A stretch of DNA of 57,816 nt from an uncultured Nitrososphaeria archaeon (GTDB taxonomy: Archaea; Thermoproteota; Nitrososphaeria_A; Caldarchaeales; Wolframiiraptoraceae): NCBI GenBank assembly GCA_964440495.1, contig CAYTSD010000004.1:1-57816 (forward strand), written 5' to 3'. The translations under genes were made by a program, and so were the position numbers. The stretch's first letter is position 1, and the number at the start of each line of letters is the position of its first letter. Under the pieces are notes generated by a model. The model saw only the letters and a list, made by a program, of their open reading frames with translations, ran no database searches and had not been told where the DNA came from. Shown piece after piece: positions 37,559 through 46,633 of this stretch.

Positions 37559-38608
37559 TCACCTCGTTAGAAGCTTCCCCCTAAACTTTGCATAGGTTGC
37601 ATAGTCGATGTAGATCTTCCTCTGGATGAGCTGCTCGAGGAGAGGTGCTCTCCCACGTCTCTCAACTATTCCGTCGAGAACCCTGAGGACATAGGCATCG
37701 CTCCCCGCCCCTGAGCCGAAGGAGGCGAGGAGAATCCTGTCACCGACCTCGGCTTGGTCGAGTATCTTGACGAGGCCTAGGAGGCTGCACGCTGAGTAGG
37801 TGTTTCCAAGGAATCCTGAGACTAAGCCTGGCTTAAGCTTCTCCAGGGGGATTCCGAGAAACTTTGCTGCGGCTAGAGGGAACTTCACGTTCGGCTGATG
37901 GAAGACAACGTAGTCAACGTCGTTTAGACTGTATCCGTCCTCGTCTAGAAGCTGCCTAACAGCTCCGATTATATGCCTGAAATAGGCCGGCTGGCCTGTA
38001 AATCTGGCCGCGTGGCTTGGGTAGTGCTCGTAGGGTCTCCGCCAGAAGTCCGGTGTATCGGTGACATAGGATGTCCAAGCCTCTATCGAGGCTACAGCGT
38101 CTTGGGAGAACCTGCCTACTAGGAGGGCGGCGGCTCCGCTGGCAGCCGTGTACTCTAGGGCATCTCCAGGCCTTCCCTGAGCTGTATCCGCCCCAATCGC
38201 AAGCCCGTACTCTATTCTCCCAGACTCCACCAAGCTTGCAACGAACTGGAGGGCCTCGGTTCCAGCCTTACAGGCGAACTCTAGGTCTGCTGCCAAGACC
38301 TTCGGGCTTGCCCCAAGGGCTTCGGCGACTGTGGTCCCCGTCGGCTTCACGGCATAGAGCTTCGACTCGCTTCCAACATGGATTGCCCCTATCTGCTTTG
38401 GGTCGATTCCAGCCCGCTTGACCGCCATCCTAGCCGCCTCAACAGCCATGGTGGCGGCATCCTCGTCTGGGCCTGCGACCGCCTTCTCCTCGACTGGGAG
38501 CTCGCTCTTCTCCCTCCCCCAGAGCCTACCTATCTCCTCAGCCTTTATACGGTATACTGGGATGTAGCCTCCGTAACCATGTACGGCTACACCGTTCAGC
38601 TTCACCAT
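37559..38608 (-). CDS. hydroxymethylglutaryl-CoA synthase
   Basis: Condensing-enzyme fold with ...ACKAGTEAL... (catalytic Cys context), FHQPN, and GNTYSAS-like (GNTYSAC) motifs. Confidence 0.85.
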   Translation of the reverse strand: MVKLNGVAVHGYGGYIPVYRIKAEEIGRLWGREKSELPVEEKAVAGPDEDAATMAVEAARMAVKRAGIDPKQIGAIHVGSESKLYAVKPTGTTVAEALGASPKVLAADLEFACKAGTEALQFVASLVESGRIEYGLAIGADTAQGRPGDALEYTAASGAAALLVGRFSQDAVASIEAWTSYVTDTPDFWRRPYEHYPSHAARFTGQPAYFRHIIGAVRQLLDEDGYSLNDVDYVVFHQPNVKFPLAAAKFLGIPLEKLKPGLVSGFLGNTYSACSLLGLVKILDQAEVGDRILLASFGSGAGSDAYVLRVLDGIVERRGRAPLLEQLIQRKIYIDYATYAKFRGKLLTR

Positions 38609-38717
38609 AGGCTTCCCCCTCGACTTGGGGTTTTCTTTTTATAAGTCTTGCCGATTAATGATACGTTAATCAACGTAGATTTAAGATATTATAACGGTTC
38701 ATGAGAAATTAGAGGCC

Positions 38718-39170
38718 ATGCCCGAAGCCCTCGACGAGAAAGACCTCCTAATATTGAGGCAGCTTGAACTCGACTCTTCGCAGAGTGTTAGGGAGATAGC
38801 TGAGAAGCTTGGGATGCCGAGGACAACTGTTCAGGAGAGAATAAGCAGGCTGAGACGCAGAGGGGTAATTAAGAGATTCACGGTCAAGATAGACTACTCC
38901 AAACTCGGGAAACCCACCACAGCCTTCATCCTCGTATCCTTCATGCCTGGCCCAAGCATCTCCCAGAAGAACCTAGCACATCAGATAGCCGTGCTCCCAG
39001 ACGTCGAGGAGGTCCACCTAATCTCAGGAGAGTGGGACATACTCGTCAAGGTTAGAGGAGGCTCCATGGAGGAGATAGGAGAACTAGTGATAGAGAGAAT
39101 CAGAGCCATGGAAGGAGTCGCGAGAACCATGACATGCGCATCCTTCTACACAGCCAAAGAAGACCCATAA
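38718..39170 (+). CDS. lrp: Lrp/AsnC family transcriptional regulator
   Basis: N-terminal HTH (LDEKDLLILRQLELDSSQSVREIAEKLGMPRTTVQERISRL) plus a C-terminal RAM/AsnC domain. Confidence 0.85.
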   Translation: MPEALDEKDLLILRQLELDSSQSVREIAEKLGMPRTTVQERISRLRRRGVIKRFTVKIDYSKLGKPTTAFILVSFMPGPSISQKNLAHQIAVLPDVEEVHLISGEWDILVKVRGGSMEEIGELVIERIRAMEGVARTMTCASFYTAKEDP

Positions 39171-39266
39171 TTATTCAGCATTATCAGGTTATATCACATG
39201 ATATTAGCCTCACTTAAAGGAATGGCTACAGATTTTAGATTGGATTACCGCAACTAGATTGCCGAC

Positions 39267-40385
39267 ATGAGAGAATTGGAGAGGCTTGCGGCTGAACGTG
39301 CGCGGGACGCTGTTCAGCTCGATAAGAAGGGTCTAAAGAAGGAGGCTGCGCGAAGATACCGTGAGGTTATCAGGCTTCTCTCGAGAATAATTGAGCTGAC
39401 CGAGGACCCGATTATGAGGGGGGTCTACGAGGAGAAGCTGAAGCAGTATAAGAATAGGCTTGAAGTCCTCGGGGAGGCTGAAGCAGAAGGAGAGCCATCG
39501 GTGAAGACAAAGACCGTGAAGACATCCGATGAACCCTACATCCTCAAGGAGCCGCTCCAAGTCACATGGGATGATATAATAGGATTAGAGGATGCGAAGA
39601 AGGCTGTTAAGGAGAGTATAATCTACCCCACGAAGAGGCCAGACCTTTTCCCGCTAGGCTGGCCACGTGGAATCCTGCTTTTCGGCCCACCCGGATGTGG
39701 GAAGACTATGCTTGCAGCCGCCGTTGCTAGGGAGATTGACGCAGTCTTCATGCAGGTTGACGCCTCGATAATAATGTCTAAGTGGCTTGGAGAGTCTGAA
39801 AGGAATGTTGCAAACATCTTCAAAGTTGCGAGAAAATATGAGTCTGAGGGTAAGCCTGTGATAATATTCATCGATGAAGCCGATTCCCTTACAGCCTATC
39901 GGTGGAATGAGGTTGGAGGAGAGGCGAGGGCGAGAAACCAATTGATAAAGGAGATGGATGGACTCCTAGACAAGGGTAAGAAGAGCTACATCTACGTTCT
40001 CGCAGCCACGAATAAGCCCTGGCTTCTCGACGAACCATTCATAAGAAGATTTCAGAGAAGAATCTTCATAGGTTTACCTGACTATGAGACGAGGCTTAAG
40101 ATGCTTGAATACTATACGAGTAGACTTGAACTAGATGAGGATGTCAAGTTAAGTGAGATTGCGAGGATGACCGACGGATACTCCGGAGCAGATATACATG
40201 ACATTTGCATGGAGGTTCAGATGAAGGTTGTAAGCGAGTTCTTCGAGAAGGGAAGCGGCGAGGATAATAAGCCCAGGAAGATAAGCATGTCAGACTTCAT
40301 CGATGTAATCAAGAGAAGGAAGCCTAGCGTCGATCTAGATACTATGAGGAAGATGCTTGAATGGGCTTCAAGATTCGGAGCCTAA
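39267..40385 (+). CDS. cdvC: Vps4-like AAA+ ATPase CdvC (N-terminal MIT domain)
   Basis: MIT-like three-helix N-terminus, Walker A GPPGCGKT, Walker B IIFIDEADS, and ATNKPWLLDEPFIRRF second region of homology. Confidence 0.85.
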   Translation: MRELERLAAERARDAVQLDKKGLKKEAARRYREVIRLLSRIIELTEDPIMRGVYEEKLKQYKNRLEVLGEAEAEGEPSVKTKTVKTSDEPYILKEPLQVTWDDIIGLEDAKKAVKESIIYPTKRPDLFPLGWPRGILLFGPPGCGKTMLAAAVAREIDAVFMQVDASIIMSKWLGESERNVANIFKVARKYESEGKPVIIFIDEADSLTAYRWNEVGGEARARNQLIKEMDGLLDKGKKSYIYVLAATNKPWLLDEPFIRRFQRRIFIGLPDYETRLKMLEYYTSRLELDEDVKLSEIARMTDGYSGADIHDICMEVQMKVVSEFFEKGSGEDNKPRKISMSDFIDVIKRRKPSVDLDTMRKMLEWASRFGA

Positions 40386-41171
40386 AGCCTCCCTTCCAAC
40401 AAGCTCTATCACGCCCTTCCTCTCCAACTCCTCTAAAATCTCCTTGACCTCTTCAACATCTATCCCAAGCTCCTTCGAGCATTCATAGACGTCTATCTCA
40501 TCCTTCTTTGAGACGTAGGAGTAAACCTTTCTCTCTTTCTCGGTCAGCTGAGGCACATCTGGGAAGGAGCTCTTAACCTTCTCCGCAGCCTTCTCCTGCG
40601 CCTCCCTAAGAATCTTGACAGCTTCCTCGTCAAGCTCACTCATAGTTATCGGCGACAGCTCACCTTGAGTTGAGGATGATGTAAACTCTTCGATGCATTC
40701 AGCGAGCTCGTGGAGGCTTTGAGCTGCTTCTGGGACCACTCCTGCAACCTCGTCTTCAACCTCTGTGAGGAGTGAGAGCAAGGGGACGACTAAACCTATG
40801 ACTTCACTTATCTCAAGGATTGTCTCAAGCCTAAGCTTAACCTGCTCCAAGACAAGCTGCGTCTTCATGACCATGCTTGCAAGCCTTCTAACCTCGGCTA
40901 TCTCCTCAGCATAGATTGCGGCTCTCCCCTCATCCTTATTCACTAAGGCGTCGATAACCCTCTCGAAGTACTCCCTGCTTCGGGAGACCATCTCGGCATA
41001 CTTGTATCTAAGTTTCTCGATTTGAGCGTTTAAAGCAGAGAGAGAAGCCTCCAACCTACGTTTAAGCTCTTCCCTCGCCTCCTCATCCATGAATGGGTCT
41101 CCACCCAGCTCTCCGTCTCCTATCATTAACCTAGCCGAGGCTGAGAGCCGAAGCTTTATACCCTTTACCAA
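40368..41171 (-). CDS. cdvB: ESCRT-III-like protein CdvB with C-terminal winged-helix domain
   Basis: Snf7-like helical hairpin core followed by YSYVSKKDEIDVYECSKELGIDVEEVKEILEELERKGVIEL. The track start is TTG 41171. ATG 41126 and ATG 41090 are alternatives. Confidence 0.7.
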   Translation of the reverse strand: MVKGIKLRLSASARLMIGDGELGGDPFMDEEAREELKRRLEASLSALNAQIEKLRYKYAEMVSRSREYFERVIDALVNKDEGRAAIYAEEIAEVRRLASMVMKTQLVLEQVKLRLETILEISEVIGLVVPLLSLLTEVEDEVAGVVPEAAQSLHELAECIEEFTSSSTQGELSPITMSELDEEAVKILREAQEKAAEKVKSSFPDVPQLTEKERKVYSYVSKKDEIDVYECSKELGIDVEEVKEILEELERKGVIELVGREALGSES

Positions 41172-41339
41172 GATAGATAACCAACCTAATCCCCTGAAAA
41201 TCTTCTCGAAATACCTCTAACATACCTACGGCTTGGCCATGGAAAATTTCATAGGAATAGAATCTGAGGAGTTGAAGCTCTAAAATCCTAGAATAATGAA
41301 AGCTTAAAATAACTGACTCAACCCCCTTTTTCTGCAGAA

Positions 41340-43160
41340 ATGTGCGGTATAACTGGATGCGCGGCCAAGGGGATTCAAGTCTCACCTCTCCTCCACAAGT
41401 CTCTTAAGAGATTAGAGTATAGAGGTTATGACTCAGCAGGCATAGCAACAGTCTATAATGGGAAGATCTACGTCAAGAAAGATGTAGGCAAGATAGATGA
41501 GATACATAAAAGACTAAACCTAGACGACCTTCCTGGATCTATTGGGATAGCTCATACAAGGTGGGCGACGCATGGAGCGCCGTCCAAGGTTAATGCTCAT
41601 CCTCACATAGATTGTAAGGGGGAGCTGGCGATAGTTCATAATGGGGTCATAGAGAACTTTCTTGAACTGAAGCAGGAGCTCCTCGATAGGAAGCATGAAT
41701 TTGCCTCGAGAACAGATACTGAGGTAATCGCTCACCTGATAGAGGAGTATCTAAAGATGGGTAGAGGTTTCTTCGACGCGGTTAGGGAGGCTGTTAGAAG
41801 ACTTAAGGGAAGCTATGCAATAGCAGTAATCTACTCTAAAGAGCCTGACAAGATAGTTGTGGCTAGGCAGGAGTCTCCGTTAGTTATAGGGCTTGGAGAT
41901 GGAAAGAATTTTGCTGCAAGCGATGTAGCGGCGTTCATAGAGTATACGAATAAGGCTATCTTTCTTCAGAATGGTGAGATGGCTGAGGTCACGGCTGACA
42001 AAGTTAAACTGGTTAGAATAGATACTGGTGTGGAGTTTGAGAGGAAGCCGACGACTCTTGAATGGAGTATCGAGATGGCTGAGAAAGGCGGCTACCCGCA
42101 CTTCATGTTAAAGGAGATTCATGAGCAGCCTCACAGTCTCAGAGAGGCCTTGAAAGCCCAGCAACAATATATCGACCTCCTCGCAGAGTTCCTCGATAGA
42201 AGTAGGGACACCTTGCTCCTCGCAGCTGGAACATCCTACAACGCCTGCGTCGCCGCATCATATCTCTTCTCAAAGATTGCTCGTCTAACAACTTATCCAG
42301 TGATAGCCTCAGAATATATTGAGAACTATGGAGCTTCATCGGGTGTCGACACGGTTATTCTCGCTGTAAGCCAGTCTGGTGAGACGGCGGATGTCTTAAA
42401 CGCCTTGGAGTATGCGAGGATGAGGGCTGCTACAATACTTGGATTGACGAATGTTGTAGGCTCGACCCTTACCAGGGTTGCGAGAGCCTATGTTCTCCAG
42501 AACTCGGGCCCCGAGATAGGGGTTGCAGCAAGCAAGACCTTTACGGCTCAGCTAATGGTTCTCTCAATGCTTGGTCTTAGGCTTGCTAGGAAGAGGGGGA
42601 AGCTGGCCCAGTATGAGATAGATGAGCTTAAGGAGGAGCTGCGTAGAGTTCCAGAACTCGTTGAGAAAGCTTTGAAAATCTCTGAGGAGCCTATAAAGAA
42701 GCTTGCCAAAGAGCTTGCAAACTCTTCCAGCATCTTCTTCCTTGGAAGAGGGATAAACTATGCAACAGCCCTCGAGGCCAGGCTCAAAATCATGGAGCTA
42801 TCCTACATACCATGTATAGCTTATCCAGCGGGTGAAAGCAAGCATGGCCCGATAAGCGTTATCGAGAAGGATTATCCAGTATTCTTCATCGCTCCAAACG
42901 ACTCCACCAGGAAGCATGTTATTGGAAACATTATGGAGATGAAGGCTAGGGGTGCCAAGATATACTGTGTTGGAACCGAGGGTGATGAGGAACTCAAGAA
43001 GCAGTGTGATTGGTTCCTTGGTCTGCCGAAGGTTCACGAGATTCTAAGCCCAATAGTCTATGTGATACCCTTCCAGCTTCTCGCATACTACATGGCTGTT
43101 GAAAAGGGATATAATCCCGACATGCCGCGGAATTTGGCGAAGTCTGTAACCGTTCTTTAG
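41340..43160 (+). CDS. glmS: glutamine--fructose-6-phosphate aminotransferase
   Basis: N-terminal MCGI nucleophile, two SIS domains, and C-terminal ...RNLAKSVTV-type end. Confidence 0.9.
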   Translation: MCGITGCAAKGIQVSPLLHKSLKRLEYRGYDSAGIATVYNGKIYVKKDVGKIDEIHKRLNLDDLPGSIGIAHTRWATHGAPSKVNAHPHIDCKGELAIVHNGVIENFLELKQELLDRKHEFASRTDTEVIAHLIEEYLKMGRGFFDAVREAVRRLKGSYAIAVIYSKEPDKIVVARQESPLVIGLGDGKNFAASDVAAFIEYTNKAIFLQNGEMAEVTADKVKLVRIDTGVEFERKPTTLEWSIEMAEKGGYPHFMLKEIHEQPHSLREALKAQQQYIDLLAEFLDRSRDTLLLAAGTSYNACVAASYLFSKIARLTTYPVIASEYIENYGASSGVDTVILAVSQSGETADVLNALEYARMRAATILGLTNVVGSTLTRVARAYVLQNSGPEIGVAASKTFTAQLMVLSMLGLRLARKRGKLAQYEIDELKEELRRVPELVEKALKISEEPIKKLAKELANSSSIFFLGRGINYATALEARLKIMELSYIPCIAYPAGESKHGPISVIEKDYPVFFIAPNDSTRKHVIGNIMEMKARGAKIYCVGTEGDEELKKQCDWFLGLPKVHEILSPIVYVIPFQLLAYYMAVEKGYNPDMPRNLAKSVTVL

Positions 43161-44605
43161 ACCCTTTCCCTAAGCTTGAAGAAGAGCCTCGTCTCACCCA
43201 TAGTCTTCAGAGGCATCTCCCTAACCTTCACAACGATAGGCAGGTCGTTCACCATCCTACCTATCATTAGGCAGTATCTTGGGGGGAGCGCCTTCGCAAT
43301 TCTCTTGGCGGTCTCAGAGTCTACTCTAGAAGCCTTCGAGATGTATTCTAGGTCTGATTCATTCGTGAAGTTGAAGAGGAAGATGTTGTCAGCCTGTCTA
43401 TAAACGGTCTCGGGTATCATGTCAGGCTGATTTGTGACGAAGATTGGGAATAGGCCTGTATGCCTCATCCTCGTAACAAGGTCATCCCAGTAGGTTTCCC
43501 TTAGATAGAGGTGAGCCTCCTCAGCGACGAGAAAAATCGGGTCTACTCTACCTTCTCTTAGAAGACTTGACAGCTTGCTCAGAAGATACTCCACTATTAT
43601 TCTTCTGCCGCTTGGAATGGTCTTCGAGAGGTTGACAACGATTATTCCTCCATCCTCCATATTGTTTAGGGTTTCCTCCAAGTTTGTTGCCTCTTCTTCG
43701 CTGAAGAATTGAGTTGAGTTGAGGCTCAGTAATCTGCTCATCAACGCTTCTCTAACCGATTCATGCATCTGAGCTCTTCCAGCGGCCTCTATTAACCCCC
43801 GTAGGCTCACCCTTCCCTTAACTCTCTTCACGGTTCCCCATAGTCGGATGAATTCTCTGAGGCTTGCGGCTGGAGTGTTTAGGACATGTTGAAGTATGTC
43901 GAGTATTGTTCCAAGCCCTGCGTCTTCTATGGATGCCTTGAAGTTTTCACCTGGGTTTAGAACTAGATGCTTGTCGGCGACCCCGCTTCTACCTCCGTCC
44001 AATCTTGTTGAGAGCCCAACATATTCTCCGTTAATGTCCAGTACAACTATCTTTGCACCGTATTCTGCTAGGGAGGTTACGAGAAGCTTTGCTAGATGAG
44101 ATTTACCGGTCTCCTTCTTCCCAGTGATTATTGTCAGTCTACCGTCGAAGGCCTCGGCGTTCACGGTCAGTATCCCGCCCATACACTCACCTATCACTAT
44201 AGGTCTTCTCCCACCGATGCTTGAGAGCTCAGCTATCAGCTCTGGGGATGCATGCTCTATCCTGGAGCCGAGTTTTGAGGGAAGCCAGAGGAGGTCGCTG
44301 CGCAATCCATCTCCATCGACTACTCCCCGGAGCTTCGCAACAACTATTCGGGCATCTCTAAGACCGGCTACAAGGGAGCCTACACCATAGGGGTCTATCA
44401 ACCTTGTTGAAAGCTCCTCGGAGCCAAGCTCTCTTAGAGCATCCTCAAGCCCCCCTGGAAGCTCGGCGTAGTCTACGTCTATGACTTGGAGGAGGAGACG
44501 TCTCCTACCATCCACTGCTTGGAGGTAGTCCCCACGCTGGAGGGGCTTCTCATCTGGGGCGGCGAGGAGCTCAACCAGGTCACCGCTCTTGGATAGAAGC
44601 TTCAT
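43157..44605 (-). CDS. HerA/FtsK-superfamily (DUF87-type) ATPase, divergent HerA-like
   Basis: N-terminal barrel-like segment (GDYLQAVDGRRRLLLQVIDV), Walker A ITGKKETGKSHLAK, Walker B IFLVAEEAHLY, and VTNQPDMIPETVYRQADNIFLFNF (HerA-type sensor region). ATGA overlap with the upstream NurA-like gene. Confidence 0.7.
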   Translation of the reverse strand: MKLLSKSGDLVELLAAPDEKPLQRGDYLQAVDGRRRLLLQVIDVDYAELPGGLEDALRELGSEELSTRLIDPYGVGSLVAGLRDARIVVAKLRGVVDGDGLRSDLLWLPSKLGSRIEHASPELIAELSSIGGRRPIVIGECMGGILTVNAEAFDGRLTIITGKKETGKSHLAKLLVTSLAEYGAKIVVLDINGEYVGLSTRLDGGRSGVADKHLVLNPGENFKASIEDAGLGTILDILQHVLNTPAASLREFIRLWGTVKRVKGRVSLRGLIEAAGRAQMHESVREALMSRLLSLNSTQFFSEEEATNLEETLNNMEDGGIIVVNLSKTIPSGRRIIVEYLLSKLSSLLREGRVDPIFLVAEEAHLYLRETYWDDLVTRMRHTGLFPIFVTNQPDMIPETVYRQADNIFLFNFTNESDLEYISKASRVDSETAKRIAKALPPRYCLMIGRMVNDLPIVVKVREMPLKTMGETRLFFKLRERV

Positions 44606-45645
44606 CTAAACACCTCCCCGTCCACCGGGTTGAAGAGGAGGTCGCGAATCGAGGTTGGGTGGATTATCTCGACGCTCCTCCTGCGAAGCATGGCTTGGAT
44701 TGCCAGTACGTCGAGCTTGCTGAAGGTGCAGTAGTCGTGGGCTAGGATGAGGGTCTCAGGGTAGCCATACACTAGGGCATCGCTTCGGAGGAGGCTTCCG
44801 AAGACCCTTTCCGCGGAGGCGGTTATGCTGGCGTCAACCCTGAACCCGCTGCATCCGGGGCAGAGCCTGGCCAAGAATATGTCTCCTAGGACTCGAACCC
44901 TCATCTCAGCGCTCCTGACAGCTTGGGTGACCTCGACTAGGTAGGGTGGCTCAGCCTCGGCGCCCAAGGTTGTTAGAAGCTCACCCCAAACCCTTAGAAC
45001 ACTAGTCTTAGAGAAGGCGAGAATATCGTTTCCCCGAGGCCTGGCCTTCTCGAGAATCCTGCCTACTAGGTAGAGGGGGTTGTCTAGGGGGCCTGCGGAG
45101 AGGGAGCCGTCGAAGAGGAGTATGCTGTCGGTATAGTGTTCGGCGGCGTACTCCTGCATCCGTTTCTCGATTAGGCCTGCCATCACCCTCTGGATGGAGT
45201 TGTAGAGCTGGTAGTTTCCCCAGGCTTCGAGGGGGGCGGCGCCGAGAACCGAGGCGAGAAGCTCTCCCATGTTCTCGTAGCTCACATAGAAGACCAGTGG
45301 GCCGAGGACCTCGACAGCTGTTTTGGAGCGGTCTCGGGTTACGATGGCCCCCCTAACGGCTATGACTACGCCTCTCGACCCTGCCGCAACCCTTATCGAG
45401 GAGGTGTCTATGGCCACGACAGGGCGTCTAGGCGCCTCAAGCTCAGGTTGAATTATCTCAACGGCTCCTTCTCCCCGGCCCTCCAGAAAGGCTATACAGC
45501 ACTCATCTTGAACAATATTCTCAACACCACCAGCGTAAAGCCTGAGGCCGTCGACCTTCTCTAGGCTTCGGAGACTGCTCTCAAGGAAAGCTTTAAAATA
45601 GCTTTGTGAGGCTTCTATTTGGGGTTGTTGGCTTTGGAGGGTCAT
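44602..45645 (-). CDS. NurA-like nuclease domain protein
   Basis: NurA-type motif series: VVAIDTSS (motif I Asp), LLFDGSLS, AFSKTSVL, and YGYPETLILAHDY. Confidence 0.6.
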   Translation of the reverse strand: MTLQSQQPQIEASQSYFKAFLESSLRSLEKVDGLRLYAGGVENIVQDECCIAFLEGRGEGAVEIIQPELEAPRRPVVAIDTSSIRVAAGSRGVVIAVRGAIVTRDRSKTAVEVLGPLVFYVSYENMGELLASVLGAAPLEAWGNYQLYNSIQRVMAGLIEKRMQEYAAEHYTDSILLFDGSLSAGPLDNPLYLVGRILEKARPRGNDILAFSKTSVLRVWGELLTTLGAEAEPPYLVEVTQAVRSAEMRVRVLGDIFLARLCPGCSGFRVDASITASAERVFGSLLRSDALVYGYPETLILAHDYCTFSKLDVLAIQAMLRRRSVEIIHPTSIRDLLFNPVDGEVFR

Positions 45646-45681
45646 GCCGCAGTTTCCCCTTGTTTATTGGGGTTTGCTGTG

Positions 45682-45690
45682 CTTATAAAT
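45682..45690 (+). promoter_or_regulatory. TATA box for the 45717 gene (leaderless-type spacing)
   Basis: CTTATAAAT ends 27 nt before ATG 45717. Lies in the 71-bp divergent spacer shared with the NurA-like gene. Confidence 0.4.
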
Positions 45691-45716
45691 GTTGCTCAAC
45701 TTGAGCATGATGAAAA

Positions 45717-46136
45717 ATGAACGAGCAGGAAAAAATCAAGGTTGAGGTCACGATAGGGCCTGCCACGGTCAGGGTTGAGGCTCCACCCGATAAGTTGGAG
45801 GAGGCTTTGAGGCAGGTTGTCTCGGCTCTTAGGGCCGCCCTCCCCCAGTTGATGGTTGAGGAAGAGCGGAGGGAGAGGGTTAGGAGGAGACCTCAGCCCA
45901 CATGCGCATCTCTTCTCCGCCAACTCATAGAGGAGGGGTGGTTTGATAGGCCTAGAAGCCTCTCGGAGACCACGCAAGAGCTTGCTAGAAGAGGCTACAA
46001 CTATGACTCAACCGCGGTCTCCCACACCCTCCTAGACCTGGTTAGGGAGAGGGTTCTCGTTAGGGAAGGCTCGCCCAGACGCTACGTGTATTACAGGCCT
46101 GAGGGCAGGGTGGCTGAGCGGGAGGAGCGGGTCTAA
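45717..46136 (+). CDS. small winged-helix protein, paralog family member 1 (unknown function)
   Basis: N-terminal KIKVEVTIGPATVRVEAPPDKLEEALRQVVSAL motif shared with the next three genes. C-terminal wHTH-like RSLSETTQELARRGYNYDSTAVSHTLLDLVRERVLVREGSPRRYVYY. Confidence 0.5.
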   Translation: MNEQEKIKVEVTIGPATVRVEAPPDKLEEALRQVVSALRAALPQLMVEEERRERVRRRPQPTCASLLRQLIEEGWFDRPRSLSETTQELARRGYNYDSTAVSHTLLDLVRERVLVREGSPRRYVYYRPEGRVAEREERV

Positions 46137-46633
46137 GGCTTCTCACCAGTCTGGCCATACTTCTCGAGCACACGCTTTATCCCAAGCTGGGTTATGGTGT
46201 AGTCGCCTCTATCCAGCCTCCTAAGCATCCCACGTTGAACAAGCTCGGACAGCCTGCCTGACACGGTCTTCTCGCTCTTGGAGAGGCTTCGGCTAAGCTC
46301 CGAGAGGTTCACCGTCGGGCTCTCCCTCCTACCGAGGCTATGCTCGAGATGGCTTCGGAGGGCTAGGAGGAGGACTGCGTCCGTGACTGGGAGGTCGTCG
46401 AGGTTCTGGAGGAAGAAGAGGCCCTCGCTCTCCTCGTAGGCTATGAGGCCGCCCAAGCTCTCAAGAACCTCTTGGAGGCCGACGCTGTAGGCTATCTTCT
46501 TGGCAAGCGAGTAGGCTGGGATAACCTTCTCGAGGAAGGCGACTACCTGTCGATAGACCTCCTCGGGCGCTCCAGAGAACTCCGCCTCAAGCTCCCCATA
46601 CCTTATGCTGACCCTAAGCTCATCTTCCTTCAT
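46133..46633 (-). CDS. small winged-helix protein, paralog family member 2 (unknown function)
   Basis: ELRVSIRYGELEAEFSGAPEEVYRQVVAFLEKV N-terminal motif. C-terminal wHTH VNLSELSRSLSKSEKTVSGRLSELVQRGMLRRLDRGDYTIT. Confidence 0.55.
   Translation of the reverse strand: MKEDELRVSIRYGELEAEFSGAPEEVYRQVVAFLEKVIPAYSLAKKIAYSVGLQEVLESLGGLIAYEESEGLFFLQNLDDLPVTDAVLLLALRSHLEHSLGRRESPTVNLSELSRSLSKSEKTVSGRLSELVQRGMLRRLDRGDYTITQLGIKRVLEKYGQTGEKP

Noticed and set aside
45706-45712. ATGATGA (C-box-like) just upstream of the 45717 gene.
   Set aside because: There is no D/D' box at 12-nt spacing and no C' box. It sits between the TATA box and the start codon, so it is most likely coincidental.
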